The notes under the pieces are model-generated. The model did no database searches and was not told where the DNA came from. It saw nothing but the letters and a program-made list of their open reading frames with translations. A DNA stretch of 64,000 nt from Lepidodermella squamata (lineage: Eukaryota; Animalia; Gastrotricha), in NCBI GenBank assembly GCA_047495785.1, contig JBLDXI010000055.1:62001-126000 (forward strand), in the 5' to 3' direction. Position 1 is the first letter of the stretch; each line of letters begins with the position of its first letter. Position numbers and translations under genes: made by a program. This document shows, piece by piece, positions 1 to 11,382 of the stretch.

Positions 1-2315
1 CGCACAACAAGCCGTCGTAGTGGCGTCAGAGGCGCCATCATCCAGCTCGGATTCGGGTTTCCTGAAAGCGGAAAAGCAGAAGTTCTTTCTTGACCATTTG
101 AAGAAAGATAGCATTCATTTCGCGCGTAAATATGCCGTTCGAACCACTTTTATGGCTTTATTTCGTTTTTATTTATTTTCAAGGTGTGGGTGTTACGTTT
201 TTTAAACGTGGTTTGTTTGAAGAGGCGTCTGAAGCTTTCTCGAAAGCGATTGAAAAATATCCGGCTGAGCCGTTATATTTTGGAAATCGGGCTCTTTGTT
301 TTTTGGAGTTGGGAGAATATGAAAGGTTCTTAATTATGCTTATTTTTTTCAAGTTTTTTTCATGAGCTTTTTTTAATATTAGAGCGGCATCTGATTGTGA
401 AACTGCCCTGCAGCTTGGCCCGAAAAGTGTGAAATTTTACTACCGGCAAGCATTGGCGTTATATGGATTGGGGGTAAATTTCGTGTTTTTTTCTCCTTGT
501 TCTAGCTCATTTCTGTCGCCTATAGTCGGTAGCGCAGTCGATTCAGTCTTTGTTGCTCGCTTATTCCTTGGCAGTGAATTCAGTTGTGAACAGAACTGAT
601 GAAATTGACTCGTTATTGGAAGAAATCGACGAAATTAAAGAGCGCATTGACTTTTTCTCGCAGTCGCTTTCGTTGGGCGATCGCGAGCTTGTTGAGCAGC
701 AAATGGCTAATATCGAGAAGGAATGTGACTTCTCAGCTTGCAACCGAAACAGCACGTCCACGGACAGCAGCCACGAATCGATGTTTTCATTCCGGAAATC
801 TGAGTGCCTTGAAAATGATCCCTATGCCGAGTAAGTAAAAATTTGAAAAAAAAAAATTCTGATTTATTTCATCTAATTTTTAGTCCCTCAAATCCATTAC
901 AAGCATACATGCTTTGGATTGGAAATTTTTCAGGCCCCCATGCAACCGAAAAAGAGTTGAAGCGACTTTTGAAAAGGTTTTGTCACTTTTTTGATAATAT
1001 TATTTTTGTTGAAATGAATTGTTGCCTTCAGCTTTGGTGGAAAGACTCTGTCTTGTACGGTTTTTCCTCAAACTAGTTGCGCCCTAGTAACACTGCAAAG
1101 CGCTCATGCTACGGGTCAAGTTATGCAAAAGTTACAAGTTTGTCATTTGAAATTTTTTCGATTTCTCCATGTCTTAATTTCGGATTTTAGGGCTATGATT
1201 TTCATGGAACATCCCTGCTGGTCCGTTACAAAATGCGTGCTGGCGAAAAAGCACCAATCCCGACAAAGGAAAGACGACGAGAAAATAGTTATAGCGCACC
1301 TTGGCGAAGGTTGGCTAACATTAAGTTGGATGAAATATTCCGTGAATTTTTAATTCAGGACTGTCCCGTCTGAAGGAGATTCGAACGTGATTACCGGGGA
1401 CGCATCGGATGATGAACCCGACCAAGCTGTTAGCAGCGACGCGCTGTTTGAAAATGGATCGAAACCGAAAGCGAAACCGTTGTTCGGCCAGCCGGGCGAG
1501 TCGCGAACTGTTTGGGTTGGGAAATTGTCCGAGGAATGTTCGGAGGGCGACCTGCGTAAGTTGCTGTCTGCCGCGGGTCCCGTTTGCCGGGTCAACTTGT
1601 TGAGCGCTACCCGTTGCGCGTTTGTCGAATTCGGCGACCCCGACTCGGCTGAAGCAGCTGTTCGAGCTTTTAGCGGGCGACGTTTTTTCGGCAAGATTAT
1701 CCGTCTCAACCTGGCGTGTGACCTGGTTTCGACCTCAGCGAAACACCGCAACTCGGTTGATCGGCAGATGAGTGATACCAGCGGCGGGGATGGGACTGAG
1801 TCGCCGACAAGTGATACCGAGCAGTTGGATAAAAGTTTGTTGATGGATCACCAAATGCCTCAATCGCCACCGGACAGCCAGCTTAATAGCTCGACCTCCT
1901 CGTCCGAGGGCAAAGACTCCGAGGAAGAGGGTAAGGATTACAAGGCGCTGTGGCTCGGCAGCTTGGACGACCCTACGCTAAGTGAAGCTGATATTCTGAG
2001 AATTTTCCAAAAGTAACACCTAAAATTCGCGGAATCGTTTTATATCAGTTAATTTTTAGGTACCGCCCGATTTCTGCTAATGTTATTACGAAAACGAGCT
2101 GTGGCTTTGTGAACTTCCGTACGGAATCGGACGCAGCGGAAGCGAGACGTGAATTGAATGGCCTGGTTATTGCCGGTAACAGCAAACGCCCGATGCGAAT
2201 CGAATTCAAAGTCATCGGCGGTTTCAGCACGACGACGGGCAAACCGGTGCCAATTGTGGCCGAAGTCAAACCTGTGAAACCTGCGAAGCAAGTCAAAGGT
2301 GCCACGAAAAAGTGA
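1..2315 (+). CDS. TPR + three RRM protein (TTC31-like architecture), multi-exon, 5' end outside the window
   Basis: Spliced reading gives TPRs (FFKRGLFEEASEAFSKAIEKYPAEPLYFGNRALCFLELGEYE; AASDCETALQLGPKSVKFYYRQALALYGLG) and three RRMs with RNP2/RNP1 (LWIGNF..CALVTL; VWVGKL..CAFVEF; LWLGSL..CGFVNF). Short GT-AG introns (e.g. 126-183); stop TGA 2313-2315. Confidence 0.8.
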
Positions 2316-3556
2316 GCGATGAAACAAAACACGCGGCTGCGATTTCAAGCCGCATGACTGAAAAAGTGATACAAACTTTGAGAGAGAATCTTTTGTTTTC
2401 GCCTATATCGATTATTGGAGAGCATGGATTGAAGCGAAGCATGTGATTATTATTAACCGCCAAAAATTATAAATTTAGGCGTCTTCCATTGCTCATTATC
2501 ATTAATATCATAATTATGTAACGAAATCGACTGCAAAATGCGTAAATCCTACTATCGTATTATTATTATTATTATCTTTATTATAGTTTTGCAGATGGAT
2601 CAACGAGGATACATGATTATGTGAAGAGACATTATTTGATGACGAAGAACGTTGATACAAAGCATGCCTTGTTTTTCTTTTTTTCTTTTCTTTCTGAAAC
2701 GCTCATACGGTTCGAATTACTTTTGTGCGATATCCCCAACATTGCTGACTTGGTGCTCGAACGTCTTATTTTGAAATTATAAACCTTTAGCCTTTGTTTA
2801 GTTCCGTGGTTTGGGAGAAGTGTTACTTGTGATGATTTTTTCGGATGTGTTTTATGTGGATACGATTGATATTTTGGTGAATTTCGATGTGATGACGTTA
2901 AACGTGAGCCGACGATGAAAGGTGAGTGAAACAAATAACTCCGGCATAAAAATCATGTGAACTGAAATGACAAAATGACTGGTCACCTACTACGATGTGC
3001 ATGAGATGCTTGCAAATCTTCGAAATAAATTGCATGCTTAGGATTTTTGGTTCGCAATTCACGCATAAGTCATGCATCAATCGGTATCGCATATATGAGG
3101 CACAACAGGCATATGTTCCTTGAAAGTTCAGGAAATGCGGAAGAAACTGGTGGAGGAAAGGCTCCAATCTACCAGGCAGTGAAAACTGGGAACCCTAGTG
3201 ATTCGGAACTTGGAATTTGGGCATAAAACAATGGTTGAAAAAGCTATCATGCTTCAACAATCGTATGACGCTCGAAAGAGCTCAACCATATAATTTAAAA
3301 TCAGGATCTTCAAAGGTACAATGAGAGGGATCTGTGATAGGGTCCGAGTGATGGCGATTTACAACCGCGGACTACGCGAAACTCTGCGCAGAATCAGCGG
3401 CTTCTACTGTGGCCAATTCATTGAACTTCGCGCGTTAAAAGATGTTAATGTTGACGATACGTTGATTTCTTTTGCGAAGAAGCTAAATACGGACGCCGCG
3501 AAAGCCAACCCGCCCTCAATATCGCCGCTTCGTGCGGCTAGCGGCTAGACGTGAAA

Positions 3557-3615
3557 TTGACGAAATCCGATCTTCGCTAATCAAGCTGTTGTCGCTGACC
3601 TCAAAACGAGCTCAC
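3557..3615 (+). repeat. ~59 bp direct repeat, copy 1 (copy 2 at 7535-7593)
   Basis: ttgacgaaatccgatcttcgctaatcaagctgttgtcgctgacctcaaaacgagctcac versus ttgaagaaatccgaccttcgctaatcaagctgttgtcgctgaactcaaaccgagctcac; 4 mismatches. Confidence 0.85.
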
Positions 3616-4064
3616 GAGGCTATAAACATCACGCAAAAACCATCACGGATCACACGGAACATGCGTTTCTAAGTTTTCATCGATCTAATATCTAATGCAT
3701 ATCTTTTAAACCGAAATTAACAGGCAGTTGCTTGCCATTTCTGCACAGCTTGGAGAATGACACCCAAGGCCCAAGGACAGAAAATGTATTTCACATATTT
3801 TTTCCGGAGTAGCGTCGCTTCAACGCCCACCTGTAGAGTATAGTGTCCCATAAGCTATGCTATTTTCTCAAACATGCAATTTTCTTATTAGCACGTTTTA
3901 CGTGAGGGCTTTGAATGAATCCACCAGATTGAATGAAAACTGAAAAATCAATCAAAGCAAAAATCCGTAGAAAACAACTTGATAGAAAAATCGGAACTTT
4001 TGCATTGATGTTAAACTAAAATCGCTCGTTCTTTGGTGAAGGTTTCCATGAAAAAATTGACATT

Positions 4065-4136
4065 TAGCAGAGCGTAGTTTCGATCTACAGACCTCTGGGT
4101 TATGGGCCCAGCGCGCTTCCACTGCGCCACTCTGCT
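4065..4136 (-). tRNA. Initiator tRNA-Met (CAU)
   Basis: Reverse complement AGCAGAGTGGCGCAGTGGAAGCGCGCTGGGCCCATAACCCAGAGGTCTGTAGATCGAAACTACGCTCTGCTA: A1:U72 pair, G-C-rich anticodon stem, CAT anticodon and the ATCGAAA T-loop diagnostic of eukaryotic initiator tRNA. Confidence 0.97.
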
Positions 4137-4312
4137 TGTCTAAATTTCGAACTCTGATGGGCTCTGATGTAGCACGAAAGCAAGAATCTAATTATTATTC
4201 ACTCTTGGCCCAATTTTTACTCAGGATTTTATTGAGAATTTGATTAAGAATTCCTAACTGAAGCTTCAGCAGTGCTAGGAACTTGAAGTGTATCCAAGGA
4301 TTCCAACATGGC

Positions 4313-4384
4313 GGCTCAGTAGCTTAGTGGTAGAGCGTCTGTCTCGTAAACAGAAGATCGCGGGTTCAATTCCCGCCTGGGCCT
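4313..4384 (+). tRNA. tRNA-Thr (CGU)
   Basis: GGCTCAG/CTGGGCC acceptor stem, A box TAGCTTAGTGG, anticodon arm TCTGT-CT-CGT-AA-ACAGA, B box GGTTCAATTCC; T4 run at 4393-4396. Confidence 0.95.
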
Positions 4385-4461
4385 ATCCTCTATTTTATAC
4401 TCGCTCCTAGAATTCAAGAGTGAAACTAGCAAACTTGATTAAGTTTATTGAAGCCTCTCAT

Positions 4462-4760
4462 GGCTGGAAGCAGTGGCGCGCTTCTGTAACTCAGCGACTT
4501 GAGAGCCGGGCTTGCCGAATGGCTGGCCGGTGGGAGCCCTGTCTCTGGATGTCACATGTCGATCGAGCGCCCCGTGTAAGTACGCCATCAACATGGTCGG
4601 TGCGGCGGAGGCCGTACTGCCCAGGTTGCGTAATGACACGTCAAAGGTCAGGTCCTAACGGAAGCAGCCTAACGATGTGCGTGGTGAGCGGTACCGGGAC
4701 AGTGCTTGTGAATGTGCGCCTTAGTCAGCCCATCGGTTCAGCTGGACGCAAACCTTTTTT
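4462..4760 (+). ncRNA. SRP RNA (7SL), copy 1
   Basis: ~295 nt. Alu domain with TGTAA motif; helix 6 GTGCGGC-GGAG-GCCGTAC; helix 8 CAGGTCC-TAAC-GGAAGCAG with the SRP54-binding symmetric loop; conserved CATCAACATGGT and CCAGGTTG segments; T6 terminator at 4755-4760. Confidence 0.93.
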
Positions 4761-5013
4761 CAGCATATTTTTTAATTTTTAATTCAACCATTTCAACGGT
4801 ATTTTTCAAAATATGACTGACAGCCAGTAAAAAATGCCATGTCCTTACAAAATGTGGGTGACTAGCAACTGACAAGGAAACTAATGAATTCCTAAAGAAT
4901 TCCAGAAGGAGGTTACGCACTGATTGGTGAAATTATAAATTGACATTAACTGAGAAATTATTTTTCGATTTTATGAAGTCATTTAGGCTCTATGAATGAC
5001 AAGTATAGCTTGC

Positions 5014-7463
5014 TTAGCCTGAGACATCGATTATCACGGTTTGCTTCAGCAGAGGAATGACCCAGGTCAGGCCAGTCGTGGCGGAAATCAAGCAAGTAGT
5101 AAACCCAATGACTAATTCTTGGCTGACAAGATTACGAACAACCACTACAATCAAAATAGTCGCTAAGAAGATAGTAGCGGTGTTGATGAACCCTAATGTG
5201 ATGAACGTGAACTCAGGAATAGTTCTAGGACCTCCCATGTGCTTCAATTTGAAGGTTGTCAGCGCTCCAATTGCCAAAAGGACGATATTGATGACAACTA
5301 CAGCCAATATCCAAGCGGAATTCGAAGACGATTGGCAAGTTATGTAAACAGTTTCAATCATAGTGTCTTCGTCAAAGTCGTAATATGGCGTTTGTCTAGC
5401 TTGAAAACATTGGAAGTTGTCGCCAACAAGCCAAGCGGTAACGATCCAGCCAATCACCCCGGCGTAAATAAGTACTGCCTTGGCACACGATCTATCGATG
5501 AAAACCGTCAAAACATCCAACGACGCTGTGTCTCTCTCGGCATGGCTCGACGGACGGGTTGCTGAGTTTCGACGCGGTTGTGAAAACGAAGATACCCTGC
5601 CTGATGGTCGCAAATTTGAACCAAGGTGCGAGTTTTTGTCATTTCGAGAGGAAACGGCAATCTGTGTGACAACATGCGCGCCGCTTTTTATCAGATACAT
5701 TGTTGGTCTCAAACAAATCACTGCATTCATCAACGAGAACCCAATCGACAACAAGATGATGCGAGCTATCCATATATTTCTGGTTCCAGAAGTCAAGTCA
5801 GCAGTGAAAAAAACTCCGCTCGCATTTACCGCCACTCCACCGATGAATCCGAGCAATTTTGTGAAAAGCATGGCTCTGTCGGTATATCTGTTACACAGTT
5901 GAGAGCGTAGTAGTTTAAGAGCCCCGATTATATGAATACAAGACGAAATAGCTGCCAGAACGAAAACAACTATGAACACCTCGTTCGAAACCCCGGCATA
6001 AATCGTCACAAAACGCCTGTCATCTCGCGGCGGCTTACCGTCACTTGTCTGCCAAACCGGCTCGCGGATCTTTTTCATCCAATAATGCTTGTAATGATAG
6101 CCATTCGTGTCTGGATACTGATAAACGTTGTAAATGTATCGCAGTCGATCCATTGGCGTCCAATAGCTGATGTAATTGATGTCGCCGTGAACTTCGCCAA
6201 GTTCGTTGTACCGCATTCGACCCATTCGAAGTCCGAAATAATCGACGGCTATTGCAGATTTGTTCACGACATCTGCGACAATGTCAGGCCTGTCACGCAT
6301 GTTTCTCAGAGACATGTTCTGAGCTTTCAAAGCCAAATCTGCGTTATGTAAAATTATCAAGCCCTGCATCATCGCGTCATGGCATAGGAAACGCCGCTCG
6401 TAGTCGTAGACCTTTTCTTTGGTGTTGTTAGTGTACCTATCGTAGATCTCTTCGAATTCAATCAGGTTATGCCCAAGTATCGTTTTCGTGTTCGGCTCGT
6501 TATTCGTCATGATTGGGGCAATCCAATACGAATATTTCATTTGTTCAACAATCGCACTTCGGAAGCAGCCGGGGAAAACTTCGTTGGCAAGGCCTAACGG
6601 ATCGCCGAAGCTGATGCCGAGTAAGATGAAGATGTACCTAGGTCCAGTTATTCCGAATTTATAAGTTTGACAGAGAAATTTCCAAATCCAGGTTACGCTT
6701 GAAGCTGAGAGCAGGATTATTCGAATGTCGCTCTTTTTCATAGACTTCATAGCCTCGTCATCGACATCGAGGACAATTTCAAAATATCTCAGCGACATGG
6801 CGACCTGTTCCAACGCGAGTTTCTCAAGCGCAGCCGCCAAGGTGTAGTCGAAAACGCTACCAGCATTACTCAGCATACCGAACCGATTCCAACCACCCGA
6901 TTCCACTATGAAGTGAGCGATTGTGTAAGACAGAACTCGACCGGTTGATCGCATCAAGTAGAGATTTGGATACAGGGTTCGATCCGATAGAAACGGTGCG
7001 GCGCAGGCTATACTCATGCTTACTGAATACAGGTGCTTCAGTGGTGGGGCCATTGCTTTGCAGCTTGACGACATTTGAGGACCAACGATTACTGGTGATT
7101 GATAGCTGTTTCGATCTACGCCTTCAAAGCTCCGTCTGAACGACGCAGCAACTCTAGCAGCGTAAATGCCCGTGTTTTCATCTTCGAACTGTATCTAAAG
7201 ATTCAGAAAAAGCCTTGTATTTAGTCTAACATCTAAGGAAATCTTCAAACAATCACCTCGATGTGATAGTCGGGGAGAAAGTCAGGTAGGCTGTTCGCCA
7301 CATCGACCGCGATTTGGGATCCAGTTCGGCAGGCGAAGCCATTCGCCGGGGCATTTCCAGTGAACGACATCATTTCGAGCATTGTCATTCGATATGGCTT
7401 AACAGCCCATATCGAGGCAGGAAATGCCGCCGTTGCAAGCAGAAGAAGAATAATATCTTTCAT
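5014..7463 (-). CDS. Divergent GABA-B-like class C GPCR (Venus flytrap + 7TM), 2 exons
   Basis: Signal peptide MKDIILLLLATAAFPASIWA; ACRTGSQIAVDVANSLPDFLPDY; intron 7195-7256 restores the frame; KKSDIRIIL, GITGPRYIFIL and linker WQTSDGKPPRD; seven hydrophobic segments; no Cys-rich domain. Confidence 0.85.
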
Positions 7464-7534
7464 ACTTGAAATACTCTGAAATTTCAAGAGGGGAAATTAG
7501 GCTAAATACTGAAATAATAATTATTCATTATGCA

Positions 7535-7593
7535 TTGAAGAAATCCGACCTTCGCTAATCAAGCTGTTGTCGCTGAACTCAAACCGAGCTCAC
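7535..7593 (+). repeat. ~59 bp direct repeat, copy 2
   Basis: Near-identical to 3557-3615 (4 mismatches), same orientation. Confidence 0.85.
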
Positions 7594-8944
7594 ATATATA
7601 TAATATACATAATAATGAAATATTGACATGGATGTAAATAGTCGATACAGCATTTTTTTCTTTGGTTTCAAATATAACATAGGTTGGGCGAATATTCGAA
7701 ATGACAAGTGAAAAGTGGGAGCATCTTAGAGGTCTGAAATTCGAAAATTTAAACTCAGAAAAACTTAAATGTCAAAAAACTGAGTAAGGACATCTAGGAA
7801 TCCAAGAATCGTCCCTCTCCAAGTGAACACACTTTTTGCTATTTACTGGAAAATACAGAAAATTCGCCGAACCCCACTTTTCACTTGTTACCGGTCAAAT
7901 GTTATCGTTTCTGACCGAATTCTCGTCCAAAGACTCTCAGAACAAAAAATTGAGACAGCTATTTGTACGAATAGGTGGATATTTAGTAGATGGTTCAATT
8001 ATAAGCTTTGGCTTAAGCCTTGACATGTGTTGAAGTGCTCGAACAGGATATCCGAAGCGCCTCCGATTCCTAAGGAAATGATCGACATTTACGTTTAAAT
8101 GTAAGTATGTTTTGAAGTGTGGAAAATAAAAGTCAAGCCTCAATTTAATGCCAAAATATGAAAGCCACCACCTCTTGAAGTTAAACCTAACTGTCGAAGG
8201 CTCGCGTGTCTGCAAAAAATTAACAAGTTTTCCTGTTATAGATGCTGCTAAGAAAAACCTGCACTCTCAGCTTCTTGTCGATAAACAAAATTAATTTCCG
8301 AAGTAACATTAAATAGCCTGCTGCAGAGAGGGAACTTATCTGACGACCAATGAATGTGAAACAGGTAATTATCTCCGTAGTACAAATCTCGATCATGAAT
8401 GTGTCTTCTAAACATTGCTAGTTCGTGATGCTCGAGCTGATCATGTGCCTATCGTATAGGTCGTAAACATATCATCAACAAGTTTGAACGACATGTCTGG
8501 GGTCTATAGCCTCGTCGGGTTCTGCACGATCTTCCCCAATAATTTTACCACCTAGTTTAATTCATAATCCTTGCACTTGCTGATCGCAAGGCGAATTACG
8601 AAGTCGACGCGAAAAGATCAGCATGAAAAATAACCGGCTTGTATGTACAGCAGATCGAAAGATGAGCAAAAAGACAGCTCGCACAATGTTTTTTTATTTC
8701 AGGACGGGTTTGTTCACCAGGTGAGTTTTGAAAGCGAGATAACCACTAATTTAACATGTTGCTGAATTATGTTTTTTACAACAAAATTCATTTTTGTATA
8801 GTTCGGTCATTGCAGCATTTTTATAGTCATGCATTATACTTCAAGGTGATAACACAGCACTTCACCTCAGTTTTTTAGCTCATTTTCACAACATATTAGT
8901 TAGCACTCAGTAGTGAAATCATGGTGATCAGTCTTACAAAAAAA

Positions 8945-9781
8945 TCACGAGATGTAACAGCACGACGGCCTGTGGTGATGATGATGGTGGTGATGGCTGC
9001 TGCGGTGTTTTTCGGCAGCAGCTTTGATTGCTCGAGGAATCACCAGCTTATTAGCGACCGTGTCGTGAAACATGGTGTACGGCGTTAGATTTCGATTTGA
9101 TAAAATATTTCTCGCCAACGCGATGAAAGCCTGCATTACGTATGTATTTTCCTTAGCACTCGTCTCGTAGAATAGCGACCGGTTCATTTGAGCCAGATTG
9201 CGGCCATCGGCTTGTTTCACTTGGCGATAATCTTCCATATCCGCCTTATTGCCAATGATGACCTTTTCAACATTTTCAGAGGCAAACTAAAACAGAAAAA
9301 AACACGTTTGAGTTCAAATTAATGAAAAATGCTTCGAAGCTAACCTCGTCAACTATCTGCAACCAGCCTTCCAAGTTGTCAAAAGTTTCTTTGTCGGCAA
9401 TGTTATAGACCAAAACAATGCCGACAGCGTGACTGTAGTAGGCTGGCGTAACCGTGTTCAATTTGGCGATTCCAGCAGTATCCCAAATCTGGAAAATATT
9501 AGCACATTTAGCATGAGTAAATTATCATAAGTATTTATTTACCTGCAGACGAATGCGCACTCCGTCTATGTCAATAGTTCGAATTTTAAAATCAATGCCA
9601 ATCGTTTCGACGTGCCGTGAATTGAAAGGCGTTGAGCTGTCGGAAACAAGGCGATTTGCTAGAGCTGTTTTCCCGACAAATGTATCTCCTAAAAAGTCAG
9701 GATTAACTCGCAAGAACGTCGAAATTTCTCAGAAAACTCACCGATGACCAACAATTTAAACAAATGATCGTACGATGGCAT
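8945..9781 (-). CDS. Atypical Rab GTPase (Rab8/10/13-like), 4 exons
   Basis: [14 protein letters not shown]|[28 protein letters not shown]|[18 protein letters not shown]..|..[29 protein letters not shown]; G1-G5 boxes, RabF1 IGIDF and a C-terminal CC motif. Confidence 0.88.
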
Positions 9782-11382
9782 GGCTCTTTAGACAACGTCC
9801 CTACCTTTCGGGCACTTATTCGCATTTATTTCTCTGTTTTAACCGGCTAGAAATGAAAGAAAAGAAATGTCAATGGCGAGTTCACAAGAGAGAAGAAAAA
9901 TGCTGGGAATAATAACAATAAACAACAAAAAACTGGCCGTTTAGTAATCGCGTATGGTGCTTCTCTGTGAGAGAGATCGTACGAACGGAATAGAGGCTTT
10001 TGTTGGGAAAGAGCGTTGAGAAGCAGCACACAAAAAACCAACACGTGCGCGGTCAGCTCGCATGCGAGAAATAATAATAATAAATCATAATAATTGAAAA
10101 CGCAGCAACAACGCGATGAAGAACAACGAGATGAAGAAGCGAGAAAATGAGGCGGTATGAAGTGTGCCTATGTTTCTTCATTGTGTGTGCTCGCAAGGCC
10201 GCTGGCCATGCTGCTCTTCGAGAAAAAAACACATAAAACAAAACACGGCTGGTTGTGAAGAGTCATTCGCCCAGTTTTCGGGCTCGATCGCATTACCGGC
10301 GATGCACCTAACATTCTAGTAGGCTTATTCTAGGCGAGGCATGTGCACGTGTCGCTCGTGCCTAACTATTACAGTACTATTAATACATAGACGCTGCCGA
10401 CAGCTTGCGCCCATGCGGACATACTTGTTTTATTGCATACTAGTTACGTAGCTCATGGCTAGAGAGACAATGAATGAAAATATCCAGACGCTCATTCATA
10501 AAATAGCCATGTGACCACTAATCATGAAAAAATTAGAGGTCATGTCGGCTTTTTTTATGCAGCAAGTAAACAAAAACAAGATCAGATTAAGGAGGACTTT
10601 TCGTCCTTGTGCTAAATGCAAACCGAGAGAAATAAATGACAGTAAAATCGCAGTAAACTGCTTTTAGCATAGATTAACGGCTCGGTATTCTTAGTACCAA
10701 GGTGGAGGGCGGAGTGGAGTGTAAGTTCGACCATGCGAAAAAAACCATTATGCCGGAAATACCAACCGGGGCTTTCAGGCAAGTTTGGAGGGCTGAAAAG
10801 TGGGCTTCTATCAATGGGTGGGCTTGTGAGAATATCAAATCTACGCTTATGTTTTTAATTGTTTTTCGACGAAATAGCGTTATTATCATTATGAATGATA
10901 AATGATAGAACTTGCAATATGACTAATAGAATTTGTTGAACGTGACGGAGGTGTCTGCTTTATCAGGTGACACGAGTGAACCTCTTGGTATTGTTTGCCC
11001 ACAGGAATGTGACTAGAGCACTTATAATTATATTTATATACAGCCACTGTTTACTCAATCGATTTTCTTTTTTGAACATCTGCGTGCGTGCCTATGCGCG
11101 ATAAAAACTCGATGAAGTTTTGGTGGATAAAAAAATCATGAAAATGGGGGAAGTACGGGAACCTAAAGAGCGACCTGAAACGAAGTCAAAAATTTTCAGC
11201 GGTCAGGGTGATATTCGATGTTCACTTAGCTGTAATTACACGGCAGAAGATATATAGTCAATAGAATCCTCCTACGTACCCAAAATTAGCCATATGACTT
11301 GACCATGCAGAATCCGATGGCACACTCGGAATTCATTCCCCGGTTTATTTGAGGCTATAATATTTGAGAATTTTACAACGCA

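Noticed and set aside
4420-4782. Near-identical 120/126 aa ORFs here and at 45580-45960, resembling a duplicated protein gene or SINE
   Set aside because: The shared part is exactly the SRP RNA; the ORFs are chance frames, and there is no TSD or poly(A) tail.
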